From Candidatus Brockarchaeota archaeon (lineage in GTDB: Archaea; Thermoproteota; EX4484-205; JAAOZP01): DNA of 64,000 bases. The translations under genes were made by a program, and so were the position numbers. Below the pieces are notes generated by a model. It did no database searches. It saw only the letters and a program-made list of their open reading frames with translations, and had not been told where the DNA came from. The stretch spans positions 11,826 to 75,825 of the forward strand of contig JAFNIT010000002.1 of the NCBI GenBank assembly GCA_017601345.1, read 5' to 3'. This document shows positions 38,007-47,897 of this stretch, in pieces. Every line of letters begins with the position of its first letter. Position 1 is the stretch's first letter.

Positions 38007-39185
38007 TTGAAGTACCTGGTCGTAGTCGGAGACGGGATGGCTGATTATCCTGTGAGCGAAGCAGGGGGAAAGACTCCTCTTCAACTTGCCTACAAGCCCA
38101 ATATGGATTTCATCGCCAAGAGGAGCAGGATGGGGATGCTTAAAACCCTGCGTCCAGACCTTCCGAAGGGAAGCGACGTCGCAAACCTCATCATTTTAGG
38201 ATACGACCCATACGTGTGTTACACTGGCAGGGGGCCTATAGAGGCTGCTGCGAGAAAGATAAGAGTCGAAGGTGATGAAGTTGTTTTCAGATGCAATCTG
38301 ATAACCGTTGAGGAGGGTAGGATAATAGATTATTCAGGAGGACATATTACTAGCGAGGAGGCTAAGCTTCTCGTATCCGAGTTGAACGATGAGCTGGGGG
38401 AATTCGGAAGATTCTACAGTGGAGTAAGCTACAGGAATATCTTCGTCACCAGGATTGGGGAGAGGCTTGAGTCAACACCTCCGCACGAGATAATGGGAGA
38501 ACCCTATGAGAAATACTTGTTGAAGCCTGATAACGAGGAGGCGAGGAGGCTTAACTACATGATGCTTAAATCAATAAGCGTACTTTCCGATAACCCTGTT
38601 AACATCCGTAGGGTAAGCTCTGGCGAGAAGCCTGCAAACATGGTTTGGATCTGGGGGCAGGGGAAGACCCCGAGGCTCCAACCCTTCGCAGAGAAACACG
38701 GGTTGAGGGGCACGGTGGTATGTGCAGTAGACTTGATAAAAGGCATAGGGGAGCTTGCTGGCATGAATGTGCCACACGTGCCTGGTGCAACCGGGTATTA
38801 CGATACTAGTTACGAGAATAAGGCTCTCTACGCTTTGAAAGCGCTGGAGGATTCTGACTTCGTCTACCTCCACGTGGAGGCTCCCGACGAAGCTGGCCAC
38901 GAGGGGGTTTTGGAAACAAAGGTCAGGGTTATTGAGGAGATGGATAGGAGGCTTTTTGGAAAAATACTTGACAACATTGACATTGGCAAGGTTTCAATAA
39001 GCATTCTCCCAGACCACCCGACGCCGCTGGCAGTGAGGAAGCACACTATTGACCCCGTGCCCTTCTCTGTGATGAAGCCTGGTTTGAACGGTGAGGAGAA
39101 TCCTTTCGACGAAGATTCTGGGCAGAAAGGATCACTAGGGCTTGTCGACGGAATGGATTTCATCAAGCTGCTTAAAGAGGTCTAG
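38007..39185 (+). CDS. apgM: Cofactor-independent phosphoglycerate mutase family protein (second paralogue)
   Basis: GDGMAD, GSDVANL, GRGPIEAA, DYSGGHI, HVEAPDEAGH, PDHPTP..HT.DPVPF. Confidence 0.88.
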   Translation: MKYLVVVGDGMADYPVSEAGGKTPLQLAYKPNMDFIAKRSRMGMLKTLRPDLPKGSDVANLIILGYDPYVCYTGRGPIEAAARKIRVEGDEVVFRCNLITVEEGRIIDYSGGHITSEEAKLLVSELNDELGEFGRFYSGVSYRNIFVTRIGERLESTPPHEIMGEPYEKYLLKPDNEEARRLNYMMLKSISVLSDNPVNIRRVSSGEKPANMVWIWGQGKTPRLQPFAEKHGLRGTVVCAVDLIKGIGELAGMNVPHVPGATGYYDTSYENKALYALKALEDSDFVYLHVEAPDEAGHEGVLETKVRVIEEMDRRLFGKILDNIDIGKVSISILPDHPTPLAVRKHTIDPVPFSVMKPGLNGEENPFDEDSGQKGSLGLVDGMDFIKLLKEV

Positions 39186-39527
39186 GTGATGAAATACTCT
39201 AAGAGGAAAGGATATCTGGCTGAGCGAAAAGTGAGGAGGATCCTACACGAGCATGGTTGGACGACTGTAAGGTCTGGGGGGAGCCTTGGGTCAGCGGACC
39301 TCGTGTGCTTGTGGAGAGGAAGATGCTTACTGATTCAGGTTAAATCGACTAGTAAGAATGCTCTCTACACGAATCGTATTCCTATGGAAATTCAGGGTTT
39401 TCCGCTTTACGTCGTAGTGGATTTCGGGTATGGAAACATCAGGGTTTTTAAACCAGGAGATAAAGCGACGGAGAATGGGGGAATCCCTTTAAGCAAATTT
39501 TTGAAAAGCATTCAAAACAGCCGTTAA
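39186..39527 (+). CDS. hjc: Holliday junction resolvase Hjc-like
   Basis: KG..AER.V...L...G...VRSGGS...ADLV.....LLIQVKST. Confidence 0.8.
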   Translation: MMKYSKRKGYLAERKVRRILHEHGWTTVRSGGSLGSADLVCLWRGRCLLIQVKSTSKNALYTNRIPMEIQGFPLYVVVDFGYGNIRVFKPGDKATENGGIPLSKFLKSIQNSR

Positions 39528-39681
39528 CTCAGCATAAAAGCGAATGCGAAACCCTTATAGAGTCTTTCCGCAGGAAAAAGAAGAGGGCGATGAGACATCG
39601 AAACAAGCATTGTTGCGATAAAGCTTTGGAGCGATGGGAAGTCTCAGATAATTCTGAAGAAAGAGAATTGACTGGGAGGAA

Positions 39682-41247
39682 ATGACGACCTTAGAGAAGA
39701 TTGTTCAGAAGCTTCCTTTTGAAAAAATCATTGGGCAAACATTAATGGGGTATGTCAGGGACAGTGGGAGTATCGAGGATTTTAAAAAGATCGCGTTGGA
39801 GAATGCTTTAGGCGGGTTAATAATAGGGAGAGAGGTACTTTCAAGTACTCGTAATATCGGGAGAGAGCTTAGGGAGCTGGCGAAGCTTTACAAGAAGACG
39901 TATGGTTTCTCGATTATTCTAGCAACAGAACAGGATGGCGGTAGGCTGGAGAAGCTTCCACAGCCTTATACGGAGCTCCCGAGCCTGATGGGTATAAGTG
40001 CCACTGGAGACACGAAGTCAGCCTACATAGCGGGGTACATAACTGCTTTAGAGCTTAGAACACTCAGCATCAACGTAAACCTGGCGCCAGTGGCCAATCT
40101 CTATCCTTACGAAACTACGCGGAGCTTTGGAGAGAACAGTTTCGGTGAAGACCCGGATGAAGTATCTGATTACGTCGCAAGCTACGTGAGAGGGTTAAGA
40201 AACGGGGGCTTAATGTCTTTCGTCAAGTATTTTCCGAGGAGGTTTTTAGACCAGCGTGACAAGAACCTGGAGAACCTCGGCGAGCTCTACAAAAGAGATT
40301 TTAAGCCGTTCCAAACGGCTTTCAAAATGGGCGTGGAAGGGGTTGTAATAGGGCATACTCCACTCCCGGCTGTTGACAGTGCCAACACTCCGTCTTCGCT
40401 CTCGCAAAAGGTTATTGAGAAAGTAGTTAAGAGAGGACTTGGGTTTAAGAACATTCTTGTAACAGACTGCTTGAACAGCAAAGATAATTCAGTCCACATA
40501 GACCCTGAAAAGGCTGCTGTAGCAGCGTTGAAGGCTGGAAACCATATTGTAGTGCCGTCCACGGATGAGGAGGATGTTAGGACCGCGTTGGAGAGAATCC
40601 TTGAGGAAGCTGGGAAAGACAAGGAGTTCTACAATAATGTGAGGAGCAGGGCGCTGGAGGTTCTCAGCTTCAAGCTGAGAAAACTAGACAAGTTTAAGAA
40701 GACTCCTGAGAAGACTCGGGGAAGCCTCATAAACAGGAGCATGGCCTGGAAGATCTTCGTCAAGAGCATAGTCGTGGTGAAGGGGGCTGACGAACTCCCC
40801 TTAAGATTCTTCGGAAAACCCCTAATTGTTCTCTCCAACAGGCTCAACAACCTTTTCGAAGACGATGAGAAGAAGATGCTCTTACAGACCTTAGGAGAGG
40901 AATTTAAAGGCTTTGAACTCTTAGAAAACGTTGACGAAATGCCTGGAAGGAGGCTGAATGAGCTATACAGGAACACTCCGAGCAACACTCTGCTAATGGT
41001 GTTAACCTACAACATGCACGAAGACGGCAAGGAGGCTTCTGTTTTAAAGAAACTGGTCGAGTTCTTCAAGGAGAACATTGTAATATCGCTAGGATCCCCC
41101 AAGGACCTTGAGCTCTTCAGCAGTGCGAAAATATGCGTAGCAGCCTTCACGCCCAGCGTTACCGCAGTCAAAGCAGTCCTAAAGGTTTTAAAAAGCAAAA
41201 CACCATCCTCCGGGAGAATACCTATTGGAATAAGCCTATGCTCCTAG
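39682..41247 (+). CDS. GH3 (NagZ-like) glycoside hydrolase homologue with degenerate motifs
   Basis: QDGG, INVNLAPVA, RSFGEDP..V, GH, LGFK..LVTD, AAL.AG; the KHFPGHG motif is replaced by KYFPRR. Confidence 0.8.
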   Translation: MTTLEKIVQKLPFEKIIGQTLMGYVRDSGSIEDFKKIALENALGGLIIGREVLSSTRNIGRELRELAKLYKKTYGFSIILATEQDGGRLEKLPQPYTELPSLMGISATGDTKSAYIAGYITALELRTLSINVNLAPVANLYPYETTRSFGENSFGEDPDEVSDYVASYVRGLRNGGLMSFVKYFPRRFLDQRDKNLENLGELYKRDFKPFQTAFKMGVEGVVIGHTPLPAVDSANTPSSLSQKVIEKVVKRGLGFKNILVTDCLNSKDNSVHIDPEKAAVAALKAGNHIVVPSTDEEDVRTALERILEEAGKDKEFYNNVRSRALEVLSFKLRKLDKFKKTPEKTRGSLINRSMAWKIFVKSIVVVKGADELPLRFFGKPLIVLSNRLNNLFEDDEKKMLLQTLGEEFKGFELLENVDEMPGRRLNELYRNTPSNTLLMVLTYNMHEDGKEASVLKKLVEFFKENIVISLGSPKDLELFSSAKICVAAFTPSVTAVKAVLKVLKSKTPSSGRIPIGISLCS

Positions 41248-41290
41248 CTTTCAGAGAGATTAATATACTTCCAGTTATTCGAGTAGGCTG

Positions 41291-42970
41291 TTGAAGTGGT
41301 GGAGAGCACCGTTTAAAGCAGTAGAGGGGGAATCATGCTCCAATACTTTCAGGCTTGTGAACAGTCTTTCTGAAGCCGGTTTTAACGTTGGAAGACTCGT
41401 GGGACCAAGGAGTCTTAAAGGAACCGGGCTACAGCCCGGAGACTTCGTCGTAGGCGTTGAAGACCATTACTCGGAGCGCTTGATGAACAACCTGGGCGAG
41501 GAATACGGTGTTGATCTAAAGCCTTTGAAAGCATTCAACCCGGAGAGCGTAGTAACGGTGAGGAGCCCGCTCATAGGGGTTTATAGCGGCGAGGGAGCGG
41601 GACCGTCTTACATTCAAGACATTGTAGAGGCCTTGGAGGAGATGGGTTTCAGGAAGGTTTCTCTGCTAACTGGGCCGCTGACCCCGGGAGATTTAAGCAG
41701 TCTCGACGCGCTAGTCTTCGGTGGGGAAGACGGTTTCGGGATACTTAGCTCTATGAAGCCTGAGGAGGCCAGGCTTATCAGGCAATTCGTAGAGTCCGGT
41801 GGGGTTTACATAGGTGTTTGTGGGGGGGCAATGCTCCCAGTCAAGCCGGTTAACATTCTCGGAGCAGCATACGGCTTGCTCGGAGCCTGGGAGGAATTGC
41901 AGGTCGTAGAGTGTGAGATTCTTAGCGACAGTGTCTCAGAACTCCCGTGGCCAGTTTTCTCAGGCAGAAGACTGGGCGAGGTTTTGAGAACATACCCGGT
42001 TAATGGGCTTGTTAAATCGAAGATTGTGAAAAAGGGGCTCCTAACCCTAGGGTACAGGGGGGAGGTTACGATGCTCCACGCAGGCCCGTTGATTAAAGCC
42101 GCAGACCCAGAGCAAGTATTTGGAGTAATAGGATCGGTATTGGAGAGCGCTGAGTACGGGCTGCCATGCGAGAAGGCTGTTGAAAAAGCCCAGGGGGCGA
42201 GTAGCATCATCATGGTTGAACACGGCTCTGGGAAAATAGTTCTCTTCACCTCACACGTGGAGAGCAGTGAAACCCCTGCGGCACACGGTTTACTGGGGAA
42301 CGCCCTGTTCTTGAAAACATACGGCAACGGTGGGAAAAGGTTTGTGCAGCACGTTGAAGAGATTAAACCGGAGGATTTTATGGGGGCATCAGAGTCCTGC
42401 AGGATTTTAAAGCTTGTTAGGGATGCTGCTAACAAAGTGGTTGAACAGGTTGAAAATGTAATACCTGGGCTGTACGCCAACCAGCTTGTTCAAGAAGCAG
42501 CTAAATTAAGCATGCTTAAGCAGGTTATTAGCAGGATTGCAGCGAGGGAGAGCATTATACTGGAGTCGATGGAGGAGGTTCTTAAGGCTATGACTGTGCT
42601 CCACGAGCTTAGGAGAAAGGGCTTTGCGAATACTCAAGTAGGAATACTCTCGAGCAGTCTTGCGGAATGGAGCTACGTAGTGGGTAAGGCTAGGAAAGCA
42701 CTACCACAATTGCTTGAGAAAATCGTTGAGACGCAGGAGCTCATGGCAGACCTTTCTACAATAATGGTTTCCTCCGATAGAGGCGATGTGGAGAGAAGGC
42801 TCGCCGCCATATGGAATGCGCTGGCGGGCGGTAGAGCACGTCTTGAAAAAGGAGTACTGGCCTCGCCTGGGGTGGTTTCCCCCCTAGCCAGCTTACTCAT
42901 CAACTTTACCGACTCGCTTGAGAAGATGAGGCTCCTCAGGAAAATCCTCACGTACTTAAAACAGTCTTAA
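41291..42970 (+). CDS. Protein with BPL_N/class I GATase-like domain and long helical C-terminus
   Basis: IGVYSGEGA, LDALVFGG, FVESGGVYIGVCGGA; helical last ~200 aa. Confidence 0.6.
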   Translation: MKWWRAPFKAVEGESCSNTFRLVNSLSEAGFNVGRLVGPRSLKGTGLQPGDFVVGVEDHYSERLMNNLGEEYGVDLKPLKAFNPESVVTVRSPLIGVYSGEGAGPSYIQDIVEALEEMGFRKVSLLTGPLTPGDLSSLDALVFGGEDGFGILSSMKPEEARLIRQFVESGGVYIGVCGGAMLPVKPVNILGAAYGLLGAWEELQVVECEILSDSVSELPWPVFSGRRLGEVLRTYPVNGLVKSKIVKKGLLTLGYRGEVTMLHAGPLIKAADPEQVFGVIGSVLESAEYGLPCEKAVEKAQGASSIIMVEHGSGKIVLFTSHVESSETPAAHGLLGNALFLKTYGNGGKRFVQHVEEIKPEDFMGASESCRILKLVRDAANKVVEQVENVIPGLYANQLVQEAAKLSMLKQVISRIAARESIILESMEEVLKAMTVLHELRRKGFANTQVGILSSSLAEWSYVVGKARKALPQLLEKIVETQELMADLSTIMVSSDRGDVERRLAAIWNALAGGRARLEKGVLASPGVVSPLASLLINFTDSLEKMRLLRKILTYLKQS

Positions 42971-45900
42971 ACATACTTTGACAGGGGAATATCCTTGTGG
43001 AACTCGTCTAACGAGCAAGGTGTGTAGGCTGACGCATTATTATTCTTAAAGCGCATCGCCTCGATTATTCTTTCAGCCACTTCGAGACTCGTCACCACCG
43101 GTATCGCGAACTCCACTGCAGTTCTCCTTATAACATACATGTCTCTAAGAGTCTCCTTATCCCTTAGGTCTGGAGTGTTTATTACCAGCCCGATCCTTCC
43201 GCTCGTGAGGAAGCTCATCGAGTCCACACCCTCCTCAACCCTCTCGCTAAGCCTGTTGACGAGCATCACGTTTACAAACCCCCGGGAAGACAAGAAGCTC
43301 CTAGTGCCTCTTGTAGCAGCTATCGTAAAGCCCATTTCAACCAGCCTCTTCGCAAGCTCCGCTGCCCCAGGCTTATCCTCATCCCTCACCGTTATGAATA
43401 TGATGCTGTTCCTCGAGGGAAGGCTGAGCCCAGAGGATATCCATGCTCTCACAAAGGTGTCGATGAAATCGTAGCCTATGCAGGCAACCTCCCCGGTGGA
43501 CCTCATTTCAACGCCCAGAACAGGGTCGACGCCTTTAAGCCTGACGAAGGAAAAGACAGGGACCTTAACCCCGATGGTCTTCTCATTCCGTTTAATCATG
43601 CTGGAGAACTCTCTGAGCTTGCGGCCAGCCATTACTTTTCCGGCAAGCCATATCAAGGGTATTCCAGTAACCTTGCTGACAAAGGGCATTGTCCTGCTCG
43701 CCCTCACATTGGCCTCTATAACGTAGACCTCCGAGTTCTTAACAAGATACTGGATGTTGAACGGGCCGATGATCTGGAGCTCTCTCGCAATCCTCACTGT
43801 ATAATCCTTAATCCTCTCCACGACGCTTTCAGGAAGCCTCTGCGGCGGGATAATTATCGTGGCGTCACCGCTGTGAGTGCCCGCATACTCGACATGCTCC
43901 ATAACTCCTCCTATTAGAACATCCTCGCCGTCGCTAACTGCGTCGACCTCAGCCTCGTAAGCCTGTTCGAAAAACTTGCTTATAACCACAGAGTGCTCAG
44001 GCGAGATCTTAGTAGCGTTTCGAATATACTCCACGAGCTCCTCTTCATTCGCTGCAACATTCATGGCTGCACCGGATAAGACGTAAGAAGGCCTCACTAG
44101 GACGGGGTAGCCTAATACCCTGGCTCTGGAAACAGCCTCCTCGATGCTGGAAACCCTAGTCCAAGGCGGCTGCTTAATGCCCAATTTATCCAGCAAGAGG
44201 CTGAACTTAGCCCTGTCTTCAGCACGGTCTATGCTGACCGGCGAAGTCCCCAGTATTCTAACATTATACTCGTGAAGCTTCGGAGTAATGTTGATAGGAT
44301 CCTGGCCGCCTACGCTTACAATAACCCCTTCAGGCTTCTCAGCCTCCACAATATCCATAACTCTCTCGAAGGAGAGTTCTTCAAAGTAAAGCTTGTCAGA
44401 CATGTCGTAGTCCGTTGATACTGTTTCAGGATTGTTGTTTATGACGATAACCTCGTCAAAGCCCTCCTCCTTCATCGACCAGACAGTATGCATAGTACAG
44501 TAGTCGAATTCAACACTACTCCCAATTCTATTAGTGCCTGCACCCAAGATTATTACCTTCCTCTTACCAGGTTTCTCAGATATGTCGCTAGTCTCATCGC
44601 CGTATGTAGCGTAGAGGTAGTTTGTAACAGACTCCCATTCAGCAGCCATAGTGTCTATGAGTTTGAAAACAGGCTTAATGCCGTGCTTAATCCTGAAGCT
44701 TCTAACCTCGTCTTCACTCCACCCCAGTCTCTTGGCTATCTGAATGTCTGAGAAGCCGAGTCTCTTAGCCTCTTTAATCTTCTCAACAATCTTCTCCTCA
44801 TCCTCCTCGCCTCGGAGGGAATTAAGCTCAGAATCCATCCGGATTATATTCAGTATCCTGTAGAGGAACCACTTGTCTATGCCCGTCACCCGGCTTATCT
44901 CCTCTACGTTAACACCAGCCTTCAATGCCCTGACGATGTTGAAAAGCCTCTCGTCAGTTGGTTTGAGAAACTCAGATAATTCCGACGGCACGCCGTTTTC
45001 CTCCCCCTCGTTGCCAACAACCCCAATTTTACCTATTTGAAGCATTCTAACAGCCTTCTGCAAAGCCTCTTCGAAAGTCCTGCCTATAGCCATAACTTCG
45101 CCGACAGACTTCATCATCGTCCCTATCGTCCTATCCACATCACCTGGGAACTTCCTAAAATCCCACCTTGGATACTTCACGACAACATAGTCCAGCGCAG
45201 GCTCGAAACTGGCCTTAGTAATTCCAGTAACCTTATTGGTTATCTCATCTATCCTGTAGCCAATCGCTAGTTTGGCTGCGAGATAAGCCAGAGGATAGCC
45301 AGTAGCCTTAGAGGCTAAGGCACTAGACCTTGAAAGCCTAGGGTTGACTTCTACTACTATCAGTTCCCCGCTCTCAGGGTCAAGGCCGAACTGTATGTTG
45401 CATTCACCAACGATGCCCAGCTTCTCCACAATCCTCAGCCCGGCAGTCCTAAGCCTGTGATACTCCTTGTTTGTAAGAGTTTGAATAGGCACGACGACGA
45501 TCTTCTCCCCAGTATGCACACCCAACGGGTCGAAACCTTCCATGGTAGCTACAGCTACAGCATTACCATAGTAGTCACGCATATACTCGTACTCAAGCTC
45601 CTTCCAGCCGAAGTAAGACCTCTCGATAAGAACCTCACCGTTGAGACTCCACCTTAAGGCCTTTGAAACAGCCTCGTAGAGCTCATCTCTATTCTTAACT
45701 ATACCGGAGCTTTGACCACCTAGTGTAAACGATGTCCTGACTAGAAGGGGGAAGCCGAGTTCCTCCGAGACCTTAACAGCATCCTCAGGAGACCTCGCGA
45801 CACCGCTGGGAGGAACCTTTAGACCAATATCCAACATCGCTCTCCTGAAAAGATCCCTGTCTTCAGCTATTCTGATAGTTTCAATAGAGCACCCGAGCAC

Positions 45901-46251
45901 CTTAACACCATACTTGTCCAAGACGCCATTGTCGTGAAGAGCCAAGCCAAGGTTGAGAGCTGTTTGGCCGCCGAAGCCCAGGAGAATACCGTCAACGCCC
46001 TCCTTCTCAATAATCCTGGAAACAGAGTCAACAGTCAAAGGCTCAAGGTAAACCTTGTCAGCCATCCTCCTACTGGTCTGAATGGTAGCAATATTCGGAT
46101 TAACAATAATGGTTTCAATACCGTCCTCCTTCAAAGCCTTCAACGCCTGACTCCCACTGTAATCAAATTCCGCAGCTTGAGCAATGACGATTCCCCCGCT
46201 TCCTATTACGAGCGCTTTCCTTATGTTGCTCATCCTAGGCATGCGTAACAC
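42967..46251 (-). CDS. carB: Carbamoyl-phosphate synthase large subunit
   Basis: GSGGIVIAQAAEFDYSG, duplicated ATP-grasp halves, EVNPRLSRSSALASKATGYP, C-terminal MGS domain. Confidence 0.97.
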   Translation of the reverse strand: MLRMPRMSNIRKALVIGSGGIVIAQAAEFDYSGSQALKALKEDGIETIIVNPNIATIQTSRRMADKVYLEPLTVDSVSRIIEKEGVDGILLGFGGQTALNLGLALHDNGVLDKYGVKVLGCSIETIRIAEDRDLFRRAMLDIGLKVPPSGVARSPEDAVKVSEELGFPLLVRTSFTLGGQSSGIVKNRDELYEAVSKALRWSLNGEVLIERSYFGWKELEYEYMRDYYGNAVAVATMEGFDPLGVHTGEKIVVVPIQTLTNKEYHRLRTAGLRIVEKLGIVGECNIQFGLDPESGELIVVEVNPRLSRSSALASKATGYPLAYLAAKLAIGYRIDEITNKVTGITKASFEPALDYVVVKYPRWDFRKFPGDVDRTIGTMMKSVGEVMAIGRTFEEALQKAVRMLQIGKIGVVGNEGEENGVPSELSEFLKPTDERLFNIVRALKAGVNVEEISRVTGIDKWFLYRILNIIRMDSELNSLRGEEDEEKIVEKIKEAKRLGFSDIQIAKRLGWSEDEVRSFRIKHGIKPVFKLIDTMAAEWESVTNYLYATYGDETSDISEKPGKRKVIILGAGTNRIGSSVEFDYCTMHTVWSMKEEGFDEVIVINNNPETVSTDYDMSDKLYFEELSFERVMDIVEAEKPEGVIVSVGGQDPINITPKLHEYNVRILGTSPVSIDRAEDRAKFSLLLDKLGIKQPPWTRVSSIEEAVSRARVLGYPVLVRPSYVLSGAAMNVAANEEELVEYIRNATKISPEHSVVISKFFEQAYEAEVDAVSDGEDVLIGGVMEHVEYAGTHSGDATIIIPPQRLPESVVERIKDYTVRIARELQIIGPFNIQYLVKNSEVYVIEANVRASRTMPFVSKVTGIPLIWLAGKVMAGRKLREFSSMIKRNEKTIGVKVPVFSFVRLKGVDPVLGVEMRSTGEVACIGYDFIDTFVRAWISSGLSLPSRNSIIFITVRDEDKPGAAELAKRLVEMGFTIAATRGTRSFLSSRGFVNVMLVNRLSERVEEGVDSMSFLTSGRIGLVINTPDLRDKETLRDMYVIRRTAVEFAIPVVTSLEVAERIIEAMRFKNNNASAYTPCSLDEFHKDIPLSKYV

Positions 46252-46618
46252 CTCTGTTCTGAATAATTATGGAAAATCTTGCAAACGCATAGAAAAGACG
46301 AAATGCAGATCGCTAGAAAGTTCACGCCTGTTCTTTCACTATCTCGCGTTGCTTTGGCCACTGAATTATCTGAGGAGGAAGAAAAAGATATCGATACTAT
46401 TTAAACGTTTCCAGAAGATTTGGTGCACGCTAATCGATTGCTTACTCTTAAAACCGGGCCTGTTTCCAGATGGTTTTGTGCCCGAATAATATGAAAGCTT
46501 TATGAAGGAAAACGCTATAAGTCTATAATCTCCGTTATATTTCCAACAGACTAGTTTGGCTCCTGTCTTCAATCTGGCTTTTAAAAAAATCTAAAAACTG
46601 ACGAGTCTTACGAGTGGG

Positions 46619-46958
46619 TTAAGCAAGTAACCCCCAGATTCCGATTATTATGGCGATTACGCCGATTAGCGTTTGGAATTCTCTTAGCCATTTAGCAAGC
46701 TTTACTAAATCCTTTCCTATGAGAGGTATAGCGGGTAAAATGCTTAAGGCTAATACTAGTCCTGCAATAATTGCCACGATTCCCTGTAATCCTAAGTGCA
46801 AGATGCCGAGCATTATGGCTATGATTCCAATAACCGTTTGAAATCTCCTGAACCATCTAGCAAGCTTCGCCAAATCCTTCCCCAGCAAGGGCATGTCTGG
46901 CAGAATACTTATTGCAAGTATTTAATCCAGCTATTATGTTTGTTATTTCTATTATCAT
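46619..46958 (-). pseudogene. Small membrane protein of two tandem ~56-aa repeats, with a +1 frameshift near the 5' end
   Basis: ATG at 46958; removing one base near 46921-46923 gives MIIEITNIIAGLILAISILPDMPLLGKDLAKLARW..., matching the second repeat IIAGLVLALSILPAIPLIGKDLVKLAKW; span is 340 nt (3n+1). Confidence 0.7.
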
Positions 46959-47135
46959 AAAGTATTAACTGTCTTTTATACACCTTTTTAAGACTTTCTA
47001 AAGATGTACCCCGCATAATCCTATTCTACTTGCCTTCATGCATATAGATTAGGCTAAGACCCAACGTTTGATACGATTCATATTAGTTTATAGTTTTTTT
47101 AAGAATAAAAAAATCTGGACCATAGTGCGAATCCG

Positions 47136-47740
47136 TTACTTGCGGCGACGCAATACTACTAATATAATCGCCACTACTAACAAGGCCGTTGCTACGCTAC
47201 AGCTATTAACAGCATAGGAAATGCTTCTAGGACGGTGACAGTTATGCTACGGATGTCTGTGTTTCCAGCCCGGTCCTTTACAGTTAGCGTTACTGTGCAA
47301 GTTCCAGCTTTCTCATAGACAAACGTTGTTTTCACGCCTATACCACTTTCCCCGTCTCGAAGTCCCATTCGTAGCCGGCAATCCCTATATTGTCTGTAGA
47401 CATGCTGGCGTTGAAGACTACGGTATCGCCGACGTTCACCTTTTTGTCTTACCCAGCGTTCGCAACAAGTCTAGACTTGCCAAGCTTTATGCCGGTTATG
47501 AATTCGTGGACCTCCTCGTTTCCAGTATTGTCAACACTCCAGTATCCTAGGGTATTGTTAACACTCTCCACTGTTATAAGTGGATAATCGTCGACACTAA
47601 CCATTTTCGTCATACCGTTATTTATCCTGTAATAGGTTTCTGCGACACCACTCATATCATCAGTAGCCTCTAGGGTTATGATGAAATCTGAATTATGCCA
47701 TATATCCTCTATAAAGCCCTAGTCACCGGGGGTTAACGTC
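47136..47740 (-). pseudogene. Remnant of a surface protein: OmpL47-like Ig domain, PKD domain and C-terminal TM anchor
   Basis: IWHNSDFIITLEATDDMSGVAETYYRIN..YWSVDNTGNEE; VANAG*DKKVNVGDTVVFNASMSTDNIGIAGYEWDF/DG..G..TTFVYEKAGT.TVTLTVKDRAGN; TM plus RRRK*. Stop at 47449-47451 and a frameshift near 47355. Confidence 0.8.
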
Positions 47741-47897
47741 TCTTTTCTCAACAACCTGGCAAGTACGTTCCTGCGAAACGGTATAATTTGCACACGTTAT
47801 CTATTGTGAAGATTCTCCAACTGATCGTGAGCCAACGCGTTGAGCAGGCACCTTACTCACGTATGGTTCCTCACTGAAACCGTAGCCGCACATAGGC

